Assembly: GCF_048593235.1 (NCBI RefSeq)
Contig: NC_133620.1
Coordinates: 295,631,765 to 295,695,764 of the forward strand
From: Sminthopsis crassicaudata
Taxonomy: Eukaryota
Direction of reading: 5' to 3'
Length of the DNA stretch: 64,000 nucleotides
Made by a program: the position numbers and the translations under genes. Shown piece after piece: positions 12,061-23,062 of this stretch (positions are counted from its first letter, which is position 1; each line of letters begins with the position of its first letter). Below the pieces are notes generated by a model. It was not told where the DNA came from, made no database searches, and saw nothing but the letters and a program-made list of their open reading frames with translations.

Positions 12061-13347
12061 CCCGGCCTGTTGTCAGGAACACTCATCTTTCTAAACCAAA
12101 CTTAGCCTCTGCCACTTGCTCGTTGTGACCCTAGACAAGTCACTTAGCAATGTTTGCCTCATTTCTTCATCTGTAAAATGGCAAATCACTACACTTTCTC
12201 TACCAAGAAAACCTTAAAATTTCCTGATGAATCGAAATCGGACAATGCATTTTTGCTTATTTTTGTAACATACACGCTGAACGTATTTGTGCGCGCGCGC
12301 TTACGTATGTGTATGTGTTTTAGTGAGAGAGACGAGAGGTAAAAGGAGAGAGACAGAAGAGGGGCAAGAAGAGAAAGAGACACGAAAAGTCGAACGAAAC
12401 TGAAAACACATAAATGTAACTAAAGCTCTTTTAACACAACATCCATGGATATAACAAAATCTCTTATCTATCATCATTCTGTAAAACTACTAAGGGTAAT
12501 CTGTTCCATTTTGCTCTAAATTTTCTTCTTTCAAGCTTCACAAGGGTACTTCAGTTCTGGTATATCATAAATCATTGAATCAATCAGATTCTGTTTTCAT
12601 CTTTCTAGAATAAGTAACTTACTTTTCAAACGCTTTAAGATTTAAAGCAATTTGTGTACATTTTCTGTGATCCTGGCAAGCCTAAGATAAATAAAACATA
12701 TTATTTCATAATATTTAATTTCCCCCAATTATGTGTAAAGACAATTTTTAACATTACTTTTAAAAAAATTTCAAATTCCAAATTTTCTTCTTCTCCCTCA
12801 GTTACCCTCCCTCTCCCTCCAGGAAGCATGTAATTTATTGCAGGCAAGACCAATCAGAAATGGATTTAGCAATTAAAAGAAATGAAGTTTCTGATAAAGA
12901 AGTTTCAGTTGAATAGTGGGGTCTGAAGCCAGAATATAAGGACAGTGAAATGAATTGAAGATAAGGAAATGGGGTCAATGAGAGTTTTCATCTTTTTTTT
13001 CCTAACATAACTAATATGGAAATTTATTTTGCAATATTGCAATAGGTATAGCCGAAGTTAAATTGCTTACTTACCATCTCAGAGAGTGGGGAAGGAGGAA
13101 TGGAGGAAAAGAATTTGGAACTCAAAATTAAAAAAAAAAAATATTAAAAATGATCTTTTACATGTAATTAGGAAAATAAATTAGTAAAGGGGGAAAAAAG
13201 AACTATCATTGCAAGTATTTGAACCCAGGATAGGTCTTAACTATTTTCACTATACTATGCTGTTTCTTCAGTGACACTAAAATGCTTAGTCTAATTACAC
13301 AAAAGCAACACAATCTGTTAATATTTCACAATGTTTTGAAGCTTGTA

Positions 13348-13714
13348 TGTGGTTGGTTATTCTGACCAGCACAACATAAATGGGCTAGTGGTGGTTGAAA
13401 ATAAGGAGACTGGGTTGTTAATTCAACAGCTGTTTATTAAGAGAAATCATGATGCTTATATATCTTAAAACCATATGTTATTATGAAAAGTATTGTTCTG
13501 TGACCAGCCCTGGTTTCTGTTTTCTATGATCTAACTCTCTGAAGCATGTTGAGTCTGGAGATTCAATCTTGTGTAAAGTTCATAATGCCTCAGTAATTGT
13601 TCCAGAACCTTATGTTTTCTCACGATTTCAAGCTTAAATACACCCTTGATTAATCTTAGGAGAAGGGGAACATCCCAGTTACCGAAGTCTCTAGCTTTCT
13701 GGGAGTTCTTTACA
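13348..13714 (-). mobile_element. 3' LTR of betaretrovirus-like ERV
   Basis: On the - strand the polypurine tract AAAAAAGGGAGAGA (13715-13728) abuts TGTAAAGAACTCCC. Internal AATAAA (tttatt ~13435). Ends in CA near 13348. A second family member lies at 17613-19015. Confidence 0.8.
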
Positions 13715-13715
13715 T

Positions 13716-14480
13716 CTCTCCCTTTTTTATTTTTTGAAGTGCTCTCAAGTCTTGAAGTCTAAGATCCTGTCTGTGGACATTCTCAGCAATTCTTTTAAAA
13801 TGGTCAGAAAACAGCCTACCAGAATAAGTCTAGATACAGATGCATGTAAGTAAAATTACAGCAAATGCTATGAGTATAATTTCATGCCCAATGGCATGGA
13901 ATGTTCCTTGTCTTAATCCACTCAGCAATTGTTTGGGCACTGGTCAGGTTCTAGATTTTCATGTCATTCTTTATCTAACATTAGCAATCTTTTTTGAAGA
14001 TCTTCAATATCCAATGAAACATTTGAATTTCCTCATAACTCATTAAGGTAATTTCTAATTTTATTCCAATTCCATTCTGACTCACTGTATTCCTTGTTAA
14101 CCACACAGAAACTAGTAAACCTGTAATCACACACCAATCTTTGTCTAATCCTCAATTTTTCTACTTCTTATCCTATTTCAAGGCCATACTCCCTTAATTG
14201 ATTTGTAGCTTCACAAAACTCCTTATTAATTTTATTCTGTATACTAAACCCTTTAGAGACGTTCAGAGTAAGTTCATGCAAATAATTAGCTTGAACTATT
14301 GCTTTTGAACAGTGGTTACAGACATAGCAAGTAAGGCACTGGAAGCTAAAATAGAAATTAATGCAATTATATAAAAAAAACAACACATGAATTACATCTT
14401 TTCTTTCTATTTCTGCAGAGCAAATGTTCAATGTTCTCCAAGGAATGGTTTGTTCAAGTGTGATACCAATTATCACTCTG
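13716..14480 (-). pseudogene. env: ERV env relic, beta-type TM subunit
   Basis: Reverse strand: AIVQANYLHELTLNVSKGFSIQNKINKEF..NQLRE..IG*EVEKLRIRQRLVCDYRFTSFCVVNKEYSESEWNWNKIRNYL (CX7C at 14105-14131), membrane anchor IILIAFAVILLTCICI (~13840-13880), basic tail LQKIKKGE running into the PPT. SU probably extends to ~15300 but is not recognisable to me. Confidence 0.85.
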
Positions 14481-15399
14481 CATAGGTAACATATTAAATG
14501 AAGGCTTCATAATAAGAAACACAGTACTGATATTTAACCTTATTTCCTATGCATTCAGACCTTTCATTCCCTTCAAGTAACATTACAAACTCCTATTATT
14601 GCTATTGTCACCTGGCCAATTTCTACTCACATGAAAGCATAATCATTTCCCAAACATGCCTGGACAGTAACATTATATGATACATTCTTACTTCTATTCT
14701 GATAATAGGGGTCTCCACCAATTTTGTTTGGGGTATACCCCAATGCATATGGTAATTACAAGAGTCATTATGCCAGAAAATATAATTCTGATTCCAAATT
14801 GTGTTTCAAAGTCTCTGTTCTGTTCTGCAGTCCAGAAAAGGAGGATCAGCTTCTGATAACATATGAATTCCCCAATGAGGAATTGTTTCACAGTTCTGTC
14901 CCAATATACCCATAACCATAGTTATTAGATTGAGGAAGTGTTGTATAAGTTTTATGGCACTAGACTTAAAGCCTTTTTTATGCAATTGGAGAGTTGCAAC
15001 ATTTCTAGTAGCCAAAAGCCTGTGAAAAGGGCCATATTTATGATGAAATTGGTTGTATCAGACTACAGCTGCCAAAATTAGCATTTGTAGTAACACATAG
15101 GGGAGGATCTTTAGTAAGTTCAGTAAAATTAAACTTAATTATTGAACTATTTGACTCGCCTCCATGCTCATTAATACCAAATTCCTTAACTAAATATTGA
15201 GATACAGTTTAATAGAATTTCAGAAATGTATTCTCATACAACTACTACTCATCCCATCCAACAAACTCTCACCCAAGGTAGGCTTTGTATAATATCCCAG
15301 AAGGTTTTGTTTTATCCTTCTCCCAATTTAAGTTGTGCCCCCACCAGGGCATTTGCAGGAGCCATGCTGCTCGATTCCTCTTGGGAAAGTCTTTTCTTT

Positions 15400-17612
15400 T
15401 ATCTTCATGCTCTGGATTAATTTAGACAGGGCAGCTACATCTTTCAGGGATCCATGTATCTCCTTCATCTATGGAAATAGAAAGAAAATCTAGGCCCCGA
15501 ATTTATTACCTTATCAAAGCCCCTCCATATCCCATTAACATCCTTCCATATCACAGAGCTGACCCCTTAACCTTTTCTGTTCCTCTTTGTTGGAAGAAAA
15601 ATTATGTAGTAAAGAAAAAATAAGTAGACTGGGGTGTGAGACATGTTATTCAATGTGAGATAATTAATGGTATATAGTGCTTTAGAAAATCTGTTCTTGG
15701 GGACTTCTCCCCCTCCCCCCTTTTATTGATTAAGAATGACTTTCAAAGTTCTATTCTTACACTCTACTATAGCCTGTGCTGTTGGATTGTAAGGGATTCC
15801 GGTAATATGTGAAATACCTAAGAAGCACAGAATTTAAAAAAAAAAAACATAAAGAGATCCATTGTCAGTTTTGATCTGTTCCTAAAAGGGCAAAGCAAGA
15901 TAATAAATGGTCTATTACATGTTTTGTGGTTTCTCCTCCTAGAGCAGAGGCATAAATGAATCATGAATATGTATCTACAATAACATGTACATATTTGCAT
16001 TTTCCAAACTCAAATATATGTATAATATCCATTTGCCAAAGCTCATTAGGACATCTTCCTCTGTGGTTGATACCCTCTAAGTAAGAAGGGTGATACACAA
16101 CATAGGCAGGACATCCTTTGACTATCTGTTGGGTCTGCTCTTTGGTAATGTTGAGGGTTGTGGTTCCTTTAACATACTAGTCCTTTCAGATTGAGTTATT
16201 CCTTTCTGATTCCCAATCCCTCCTAGCTGATGCATTATCAATTCAAGAAGCTAGGACTTCTGATTCAGAAATCCTGGTCAAAAGCACCCCTCTGAATTCC
16301 AATAGGAGATCAGGCTCTCCCAGACTCCCTTAGATCTGAGCCAACTGGGATTCCACCCATGGGACCCTTTAGCTAAATCTCTCATTATAAAAGAGCCAAG
16401 CTGGAGTCCTCTTTTTGCAGAGGTTCTACACATGGCAGCCTTATGCCTGGCATGCTAAAGATCTCTGCCCACTGGAACACTATTTTTGGTGCCTTCTTAT
16501 CTCTACTTTCATCTTTTACTAACTAGACTTTACTTCCAAACCCCATAATAAACCTCTTTTATCAATCTAGGTTTTCAGGTCTGTAAATTCCTTTACAGCA
16601 GACTCTTGCACTGCTACTAGACCTCATTTAACTCCCTATCCTTGCACCGAATCCAAAAGGGTTGTAGGGGAGCTCTATTTGACTCCCTGTACCCTGAACC
16701 TACTACTAGACCTCAATTAAACCCTAATTTTATTTAGGTACCCCAATTCTAGACCTCATCAGTAATACGAAACATTTTTCTGAGCATCCAAACAGATTGG
16801 AAATGTTTAATGATATGCCTATGCTTCTTCCATGGTGCTAATAAGACTTTAATCTGCTATATGATTTCCAACAAATATAGGTCTTTCAATATTAGTGTAG
16901 AAAGGAATATGTAAAATATATTTTTATATTTCTGATGAGCCCTTAACTACGTCTTGAAGATCTTGAAACATACAAAATTCAATAATATTCCTTTTTTTAA
17001 TATTAGCTGTTTCTATTCTAGATAACACTCCTACTGCATACTTAGAATCTGATATAATGTTGACAGGCTCTGGAAACATAACCATGTCAGTTATAATAGC
17101 TGCTAATTCACTTTTCTGAGTGGATTAAAAAAAGGTGTTTTGATTTGTTTAAGGAGCTCATCCTCAGGGCTGTATATAGAGACAAGATAAATTTGTAGCA
17201 TCAGTAAAGGTATTTTTGGCTCAAAAATGACTGTTCTGATATAACTTTCTGAAATATAAATTCATTTTCTGTTAAGAATTAAAAAATCCCTTTTGAATTG
17301 TCATATTTTAATTGGCACAGCATGAATCTCAATTATAATCTGCTATTCAGGACTTTCTTGTATTAATTGTTGTATCTGGTCTCCATTATAAGGGATATGT
17401 ATCACCTCAGGTTTGTTGTCATTTAATCCTATACACCTATTGATGTGTTTGAAAATCAATTTTGTTACTGTAACTGGGTACATTTCTAAAGAAGTGGATG
17501 AGTTTATGTAAATATCCCCATTCTGTAATTTACTTACCTTGTATGATTATGCCTATAGATGTGTATCTCGAGGCCAAAATTCTCATCTACAACCCTTTTC
17601 CTTCTTTTATTC
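15400..17612 (-). pseudogene. pol: ERV pol relic (connection, RNase H, integrase), class II/betaretrovirus-like
   Basis: Reverse strand in mixed frames: IGIIIQGK*ITEWGYL; QKSELAAII..PEPVNIISDSKYAV (RNase H); GINHRGRCPNELWQMDIIH..FGK.KYVHVIVDTYS; HLLSCFA; IKTDNG; GISHITGIPYNPTAQAIVE..NRTLK; VIWKD; TWIPER. These match HERV-K/MMTV-type motifs. Many stops and frameshifts; split by the LTR at 16149-16761. Confidence 0.9.
16149..16761 (+). mobile_element. Solo LTR nested in ERV integrase
   Basis: TG...CA ends, 4-bp TSD GTAA (16145-16148, 16762-16765), TATAAAA ~16387, AATAAA 16547-16552. Removing it restores the integrase reading ..CF.ITKEQ.. Confidence 0.88.
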
Positions 17613-17881
17613 TGTCAGTGCACTCCCAGGAAGCTAGAGTCTTCAGTAACTGGGATGTTACTCTCCTCCTAAGATTAATCAAGAATGCATTTAAGCTTGA
17701 AATCATCAGAAAACAAGGTTCTGGCACAATTACTGGGGCACTGTAAACTTTATAGACAAGATTGAGTTTCCAGAAACTAACAATATGTTTCAGAAGGTTA
17801 AATCACAGAAAACAGAAACCAGGGCTAGTCACAGGACAGTGCTTTTCTTAATAACATATGGTTTTAAGATATATAAGCAGC

Positions 17882-18734
17882 TAAGATGACAGGAAAAAAT
17901 AATGATGAATGTTGGAGGAGATGCAGGAAAACTGGGACACTGATGCATTGTTGGTGGAATTGTGAATGAATCCAACCATTCTGGAGAGCAATCTGGAACT
18001 ATGCTCAAAAAGTTATCAATCTGTGCCCTTGATCCAACAGTGTTACTACTGGGCTTATATCCCAAAGAGATACTAAAGAAGGGAAAGGGACCTGTATGTG
18101 CCAAAATGTTTGTGGCAGCCCTTTTTGTAGTGGCCAGAAACTGGAAAATGAATGGATGCCCAATCAATTGGAGAATGGTGGGGTAAATTGTAGTATATGA
18201 ATGTTATGGAATATTATTGTTCTGTAAGAAATGACCAGTAGGATGAATACAGAGAGGCTTGGAGAAACTTACATCAACTGATGCTGAGTGAAATGAGCAG
18301 AACTAGGAGATCATTATATACTTCAACAACAATACTGTATGAGGATGTAATCTGATGGAAGTGGATATCTTCAACATAGAGAAGATCTAATCCAGTTCCA
18401 AATGATCAATGATGGACAGGATCAGCTACACCCAGAAAAGGAACACTGGGAAATGAGTGTAAACTGTGGGCATTTTTGTTCTCCTTCTCAGGTTATTTTT
18501 ACCTTCTGAATCCAATTCTTCCTGTGCAACAAGAGAACTGTTCAGTTCTGCACACATATATTGTATCTAGGACATATTATAACATATTTAACATGTATAA
18601 GACTGCCTGCCATCTAGGGGAGGGGGTAGAGAGAGGGAAAGGAAAAGTCGGAACAGAAGTGAGTGCAAGGGATAATGTTGTAAAAAATTACCCAGGCATA
18701 TGTTCTGTCAATAAAAAGTTATCAAAAAAAAAAA
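17882..18734 (+). mobile_element. 5'-truncated L1 (ORF2 C-terminus + 3'UTR + polyA)
   Basis: ECWRRCRKTGTLMHCWW..LLGLYPKE..KMFVAALFVVARNWK. A tail ~18724. 16-bp TSD aagata(t/c)ataagcagc at 17866-17881 and 18735-18750, at a TTTT/AA site. Confidence 0.92.
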
Positions 18735-18800
18735 AAGATACATAAGCAGCATAATTTCTCTAATAAATGGCTGTGTTGAAATCAGCAACCTAGTCTCCTT

Positions 18801-18960
18801 CTTTTCTTTTCTTTTTTTTTTTTTTTTTTTGAGGCTGGGGTTAAGTGACCTACCCAGGGTCACACAGCTAGGAAGTGTTAAGTGTCTGAGACCAGATTTG
18901 AACTTGGGTCCTCCTGAATTCAAGGCTGGTGCTCTATCCACTGCACCACCTAGTTGCCCC
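18801..18960 (-). mobile_element. WSINE1-type CORE-SINE
   Basis: Reverse complement of the WSINE1 pattern with a T tail. TSD tagtctcctt at 18791-18800 and 18961-18970. Confidence 0.92.
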
Positions 18961-19029
18961 TAGTCTCCTTATTTTCAACCACCACTAGCCCATTTGTGTG
19001 GTGCTGGTCCCAACAGTTGGTAAGTGTAA

Positions 19030-20450
19030 ATATTATCATCATTGACAAATGAAGAAAAGCCAATTTCAGAAAATAATTATTCTAAGTCACATAGTAAAAT
19101 ATTATTATAAAGAATAGAATTCAAATTCACTTACTGACCTGCATTCTACCTTTGTTTCTCTGTATCATCTTCAAGCATTTCATTTTTCCACAAATTCATG
19201 AGTACAATTGAAATTTTTGGTGTGAGCACCGTGATGCTTTTGTAGGAAGGAAAAGTGTTGAGTAGTAAGTAGAAAGAATATTTAATTTAAAGACCTAAGT
19301 TCACCACTCTATTTCAGTGGTCAAATCACAACTTCTCTAGGCCCAAATTTCTATTTTGGCAAAATAAGGAGGTTTGGAGCATAAAGCATTCTCTCATTAA
19401 TTTTAATTGCTTTTCTCATGATTCCTTGGCTTTTGCTTGGATCACAGACTCCTGGGGCTTGTAACTTAATTTTGAGAAATGATCTGAAGATGTTCTTCCT
19501 AGTTCTTAACTGTTAATGGAAAAAAAGAAACAAAGGATCTTTCCCTCAGGAGGTCAGTTCCTGGTTCTTCTTATTATCCTCCTTCCCCCTTTCTCTGGAA
19601 ATTTCAGAAAGGTCATCCCCATCAGACAATAGATCTTACATTACATACTGCCCCCTAGAACCCACAGGTGGAAAAGAATTTCATTTCCCTCTCTCCTAAG
19701 AAGATGCACAGCAAGATAGTAAGCTGTTTGGGCATTCTCCCAGTTAAGGGATGAGAAAAACTCTAACATCTAAAAAAAAAAAAAAAAAAAAAAAAACAAA
19801 AAAAAAACTATGAACGAAAAATCCAGAACCACTAATTGTTGGCTAGATTGCAGAGTCAGGCAGGCCTACCTTCCAAGTCACTTGATTGGGGTGTTCAGTT
19901 AAGTGAGGCCTCCCACTCTCTGATCCCCCCCAACCTTCATATTTGTCTTTGTCCAGACCGTACTATATTTGTGGGGTGAAAGGAGAAAGATTTGTATTTG
20001 CCTCTGGACTATGTTGAAGCTGCAAATATTGTGAAATGTCCTCTTCTGCATCCTTTCATTAAGTTGTTTCTCTGGCTGGTCTTTGGTGTTCTGTTCCATT
20101 AGCTCAAGTTCTTTCTACAAGACAAGTCCAGAACTTCCAGTACTTCTCCCTGTACCATGCCTCCCTTTCTCCTTTCTCCCTCTCCTCCCCTCCCCTCACT
20201 CTTTCCCCGCCCTCTAGTCGAGCCTCTTCTGTCTCTAGCTCTGCCTCCCAAAGCCCCTCTGTGGTTTTCTTCCGCACTTTCAGGCTCTGTTGTGGGCCCA
20301 TAGCCGGTGACTTGCAGTGTAAAGAGCCCATTAGGACCATGAAAGGAAAGAGTGAGCCGACTTTGGTATGGAGGGGAGGGGAGTGAGGAGAAAGATAAGG
20401 TGCAAAGGAGGGGTGAGAATTTAGGGAATTAAAAGACTGAATGGGGTTAG
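19030..20450 (+). repeat. Segmental duplicate B of RNASEK upstream region + exon 1 relic (CpG-depleted)
   Basis: Matches ~42290-43750 and 10430-12020 (aacttaattttgagaaat..tgaagatgttcttccta; ctaagaagatgcac). CTC TGT TGT GGG CCA TAG (20285-20302) = LCCGP* versus RNASEK LCCGPK. Confidence 0.8.
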
Positions 20451-20833
20451 GAAGAAAGCTTTTATTAAGCCCCTACTTTGTGTTGGTCTAGAATACAAAA
20501 AAGGGCAAAAGAGATCCTACTTTCAAGGAATTTAGTCTAATGAAATTAGGAAAACAAGGTCTGGGGAGTTTGAGCTTGATGGGATTTAAAAATGCTGAAC
20601 ACCCCAAAATATTGGGGTTCAGGGCCAATTAAATGGAGGTGTCTCAAAATAATTTATAGGCTTAGAACCATCTCCAAATCAAGAGACAAAATTTTTTTAT
20701 TAGCTGTTGGCTGACAGGTTAATTTCCAAGCTACTGAAGTGGGGAACAAACAATTTATAGAGGTAATTCTTTGTTGGGGGGGGCCATGTTTAGGTTATTG
20801 TAGTTACCTTTTAGTTTTAGAACGCTAATTTCA

Positions 20834-20995
20834 GGGGGCACCTAGGTGGTGCAGTGGATAAAGGACCAGCCTTGAATTCAGGAGGACCTGAGTTCAAATC
20901 TGGTATCAGACACTTAACACTTCCTAGCTGTGTGACCCTGGGCAGGTCACTTAACCCCAGCCTCAGAAGGAAAAAAAAAAAAAAAAAAAAAAAAA
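20834..20995 (+). mobile_element. WSINE1-type CORE-SINE
   Basis: Full SINE with long A tail; TSD agaa(c/t)gctaatttc on both sides. Confidence 0.92.
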
Positions 20996-21627
20996 AGAAT
21001 GCTAATTTCTAAATCTTAAAACTGGCTAGTTTCAAAAAACCTGATAAAGCTAATTTTAGAGCTTAGAGGTTGGTTGGAGTTAGAGGTTAGGTATCTTCCT
21101 TTCCAAGCCAGCATCCCACTCATAAACTGAGTCAATAAAACTAACATTCTTTTCAAAATCAGTATGATTATAAAATAAAAATAATCTTAAAGTAAAATAC
21201 AGTACTCTTAATATCAGATATCTTGGAGTCCATCTAAATAATACAAACAACTTGGAGCCATGGTATAGTACACCTACTTCAGTTCCTCCCCTCTCAAATA
21301 GTATCCCTGAGACAAAACAATGCGGAGATTACAATCATATCAAATTTATTAAGGAGTTCCTCAATCTGTGACCTGCAAGCTACAACAGTCAAGGATCTAC
21401 CCAAACAGATGAAATTACAATAATCTAAATTACAATCTAAATTATTGCAACATCTATTAATATCTAATACACAGCACAGAAGAGTTCAATTAATATTGAA
21501 AAAACCTTAAACTTCTTATCTTCTCTACAAATTGCTTGCCTTTTCAATGGGGAGACAAGGAGAGGGAAAGAATTTGGAACTCAAAAAAATTTTTTTAAAG
21601 TTTAAAAATATTTTTTATATTTAATAA

Positions 21628-22660
21628 TGACATGGGGAGGAACCCTGAAACTGTCCTGACTTTGGGATACACGCTTGAGAACTCCTTGAAGGGAAGAAGC
21701 TCCTTGAACTCTTCTGGGAGAGACCCACCCCAGGGAATCAAGATAAAGTGGTTTCATTCTGTTTTCTTGATGGGACTGGTTGAATCCAGGACCACTCCTA
21801 ACCTGAAATGGAGATCTAGATTTCTTTCGACTTCTATTGAGTTAGAGATTAGTCTAGGACTATTTATTCAATTGGAAAATTTCTAATTAATTCTCAAAGA
21901 TCTTGGTCTGATTTCAACTCAAACTGCCCCCAGCCCCTAGCCAAAGTTTCAAATTATAAAAAGGAACACTTCCTTGTAGAGGCCTGAAACAGGAATATGC
22001 CGTGCCAAGGAACCTCTCTCCTTGGCACAGCTGCCTGCAAGGACCCTCTGTTCACTGAGAAAGCATTCTCTTCTCAGTGTAGCCTCCTAACAGGACCTTG
22101 CAGAAGGTCCAAAGTAGCTTGCTCTGCTTCCAGGACCCTGCCTGTTGAAATGCATTCTTTTCTCAGTGTCAGCCTCCATTACCCTAAAAGGACCTGGCAG
22201 AAGGTCAAAAGCAGGCCAAAGCAGGATAATGTCTTGTCAAGAAACCCCTCTCTCCCTCAGCATAGCCGCCTTCAAGGACCCCGTGCCTGCTAAGAAGACA
22301 TTACCTCTTCTCAGTGTTAACACCCCCTTTTTTAAAAATAGCTTTTTATTTACAAAATATATGCATAGGTAATTTGACCCTTGAAAAACCTTCTGTTCCA
22401 ACTTTTCCTCTCCTTTCTCTCACCCCCTCCCCTAGGTGGCAGGTAGATCAATACATGCCAAGATTTCTCTGCTAGGAACTTTATCTCTCTCTGTTGGGAT
22501 TTCTCTGGTAGGAACTCTACCTTGTCAGTCTTCCTAGCAAAGGCTGACTTCTCCAACAATAAACTTTTTTTTTTTTTCCAGTCTAACTTTTCTGGTCCAG
22601 AAGGACCTGCACTGACCAGAGAAGTTCCCACAACTCTCTGCCCTGTGCTGAACCTCAACA
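21628..22660 (+). mobile_element. Solo LTR with internal ~90-bp tandem units, interrupted by an antisense L1 3' fragment (~22325-22457)
   Basis: TG...CA ends, TSD ATAA (21624-21627, 22661-22664), TATAAA 21955-21960, AATAAA 22558-22563, three aggaccc...ttctcagtgt units at ~22040, ~22130 and ~22272. Confidence 0.8.
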
Positions 22661-22963
22661 ATAAGAAAAAAGTTAAAAGATTAAAGTTGGGGGAAAAAAA
22701 AAAAAAGCCTTGGATAATAGTCCCACTCCATTATATTTAAACTCTTTCCCTTCTTCCTTAAAGAACCATCCTCCCTAAAAGTAAGTAAAACAACTGGGAA
22801 AAGAGATACAAAATCTTAAGAACTCCTTGAAAACTAGAATTGAGTAATAGGAATTAACTAAATGACACAAGATGTCAAGAAATAATAAAACGAGAAAAAA
22901 AGAGCTGAAACGGCTCATTGGAAAAACAACTGGAGAGCTGATCAAGGAGATTATAAAAACTGT

Positions 22964-23062
22964 CAGATTTGAACTCAGGTTCCTCCACTGGGAGGACTGC
23001 TGGTACTCTATCCACTGGGCCACCTAGCTGCCCCTAATTTCCACTTCTTTATCCCAACAAAG
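22964..23062 (-). mobile_element. 5' half of a WSINE1 plus its upstream flank, displaced and inverted
   Basis: Reverse strand reads ctttgttgggataaagaagtggaaattaggggcagctagg...gagttcaaatctg. The matching 3' half is at 24857-24952 (+). Confidence 0.75.

Larger units (their letters stand above)
17613..19015 (+). mobile_element. LTR of the same family as 13348-13714, opposite orientation, interrupted by L1 and WSINE1
   Basis: TGTCAGTGCACTCCCAGGAAGCTAGAG...AATAAA(18762)...tgctggtcccaaCA. Pieces 17613-17881, 18751-18800 and 18961-19015 are the reverse complement of ~13360-13714 (roughly 80% by eye). No TSD seen. Confidence 0.8.

Noticed and set aside
22040-22320. Repeat-spacer-like pattern resembling a CRISPR array
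   Set aside because: Degenerate tandem units inside an LTR in a mammalian genome; no unique spacers or cas genes
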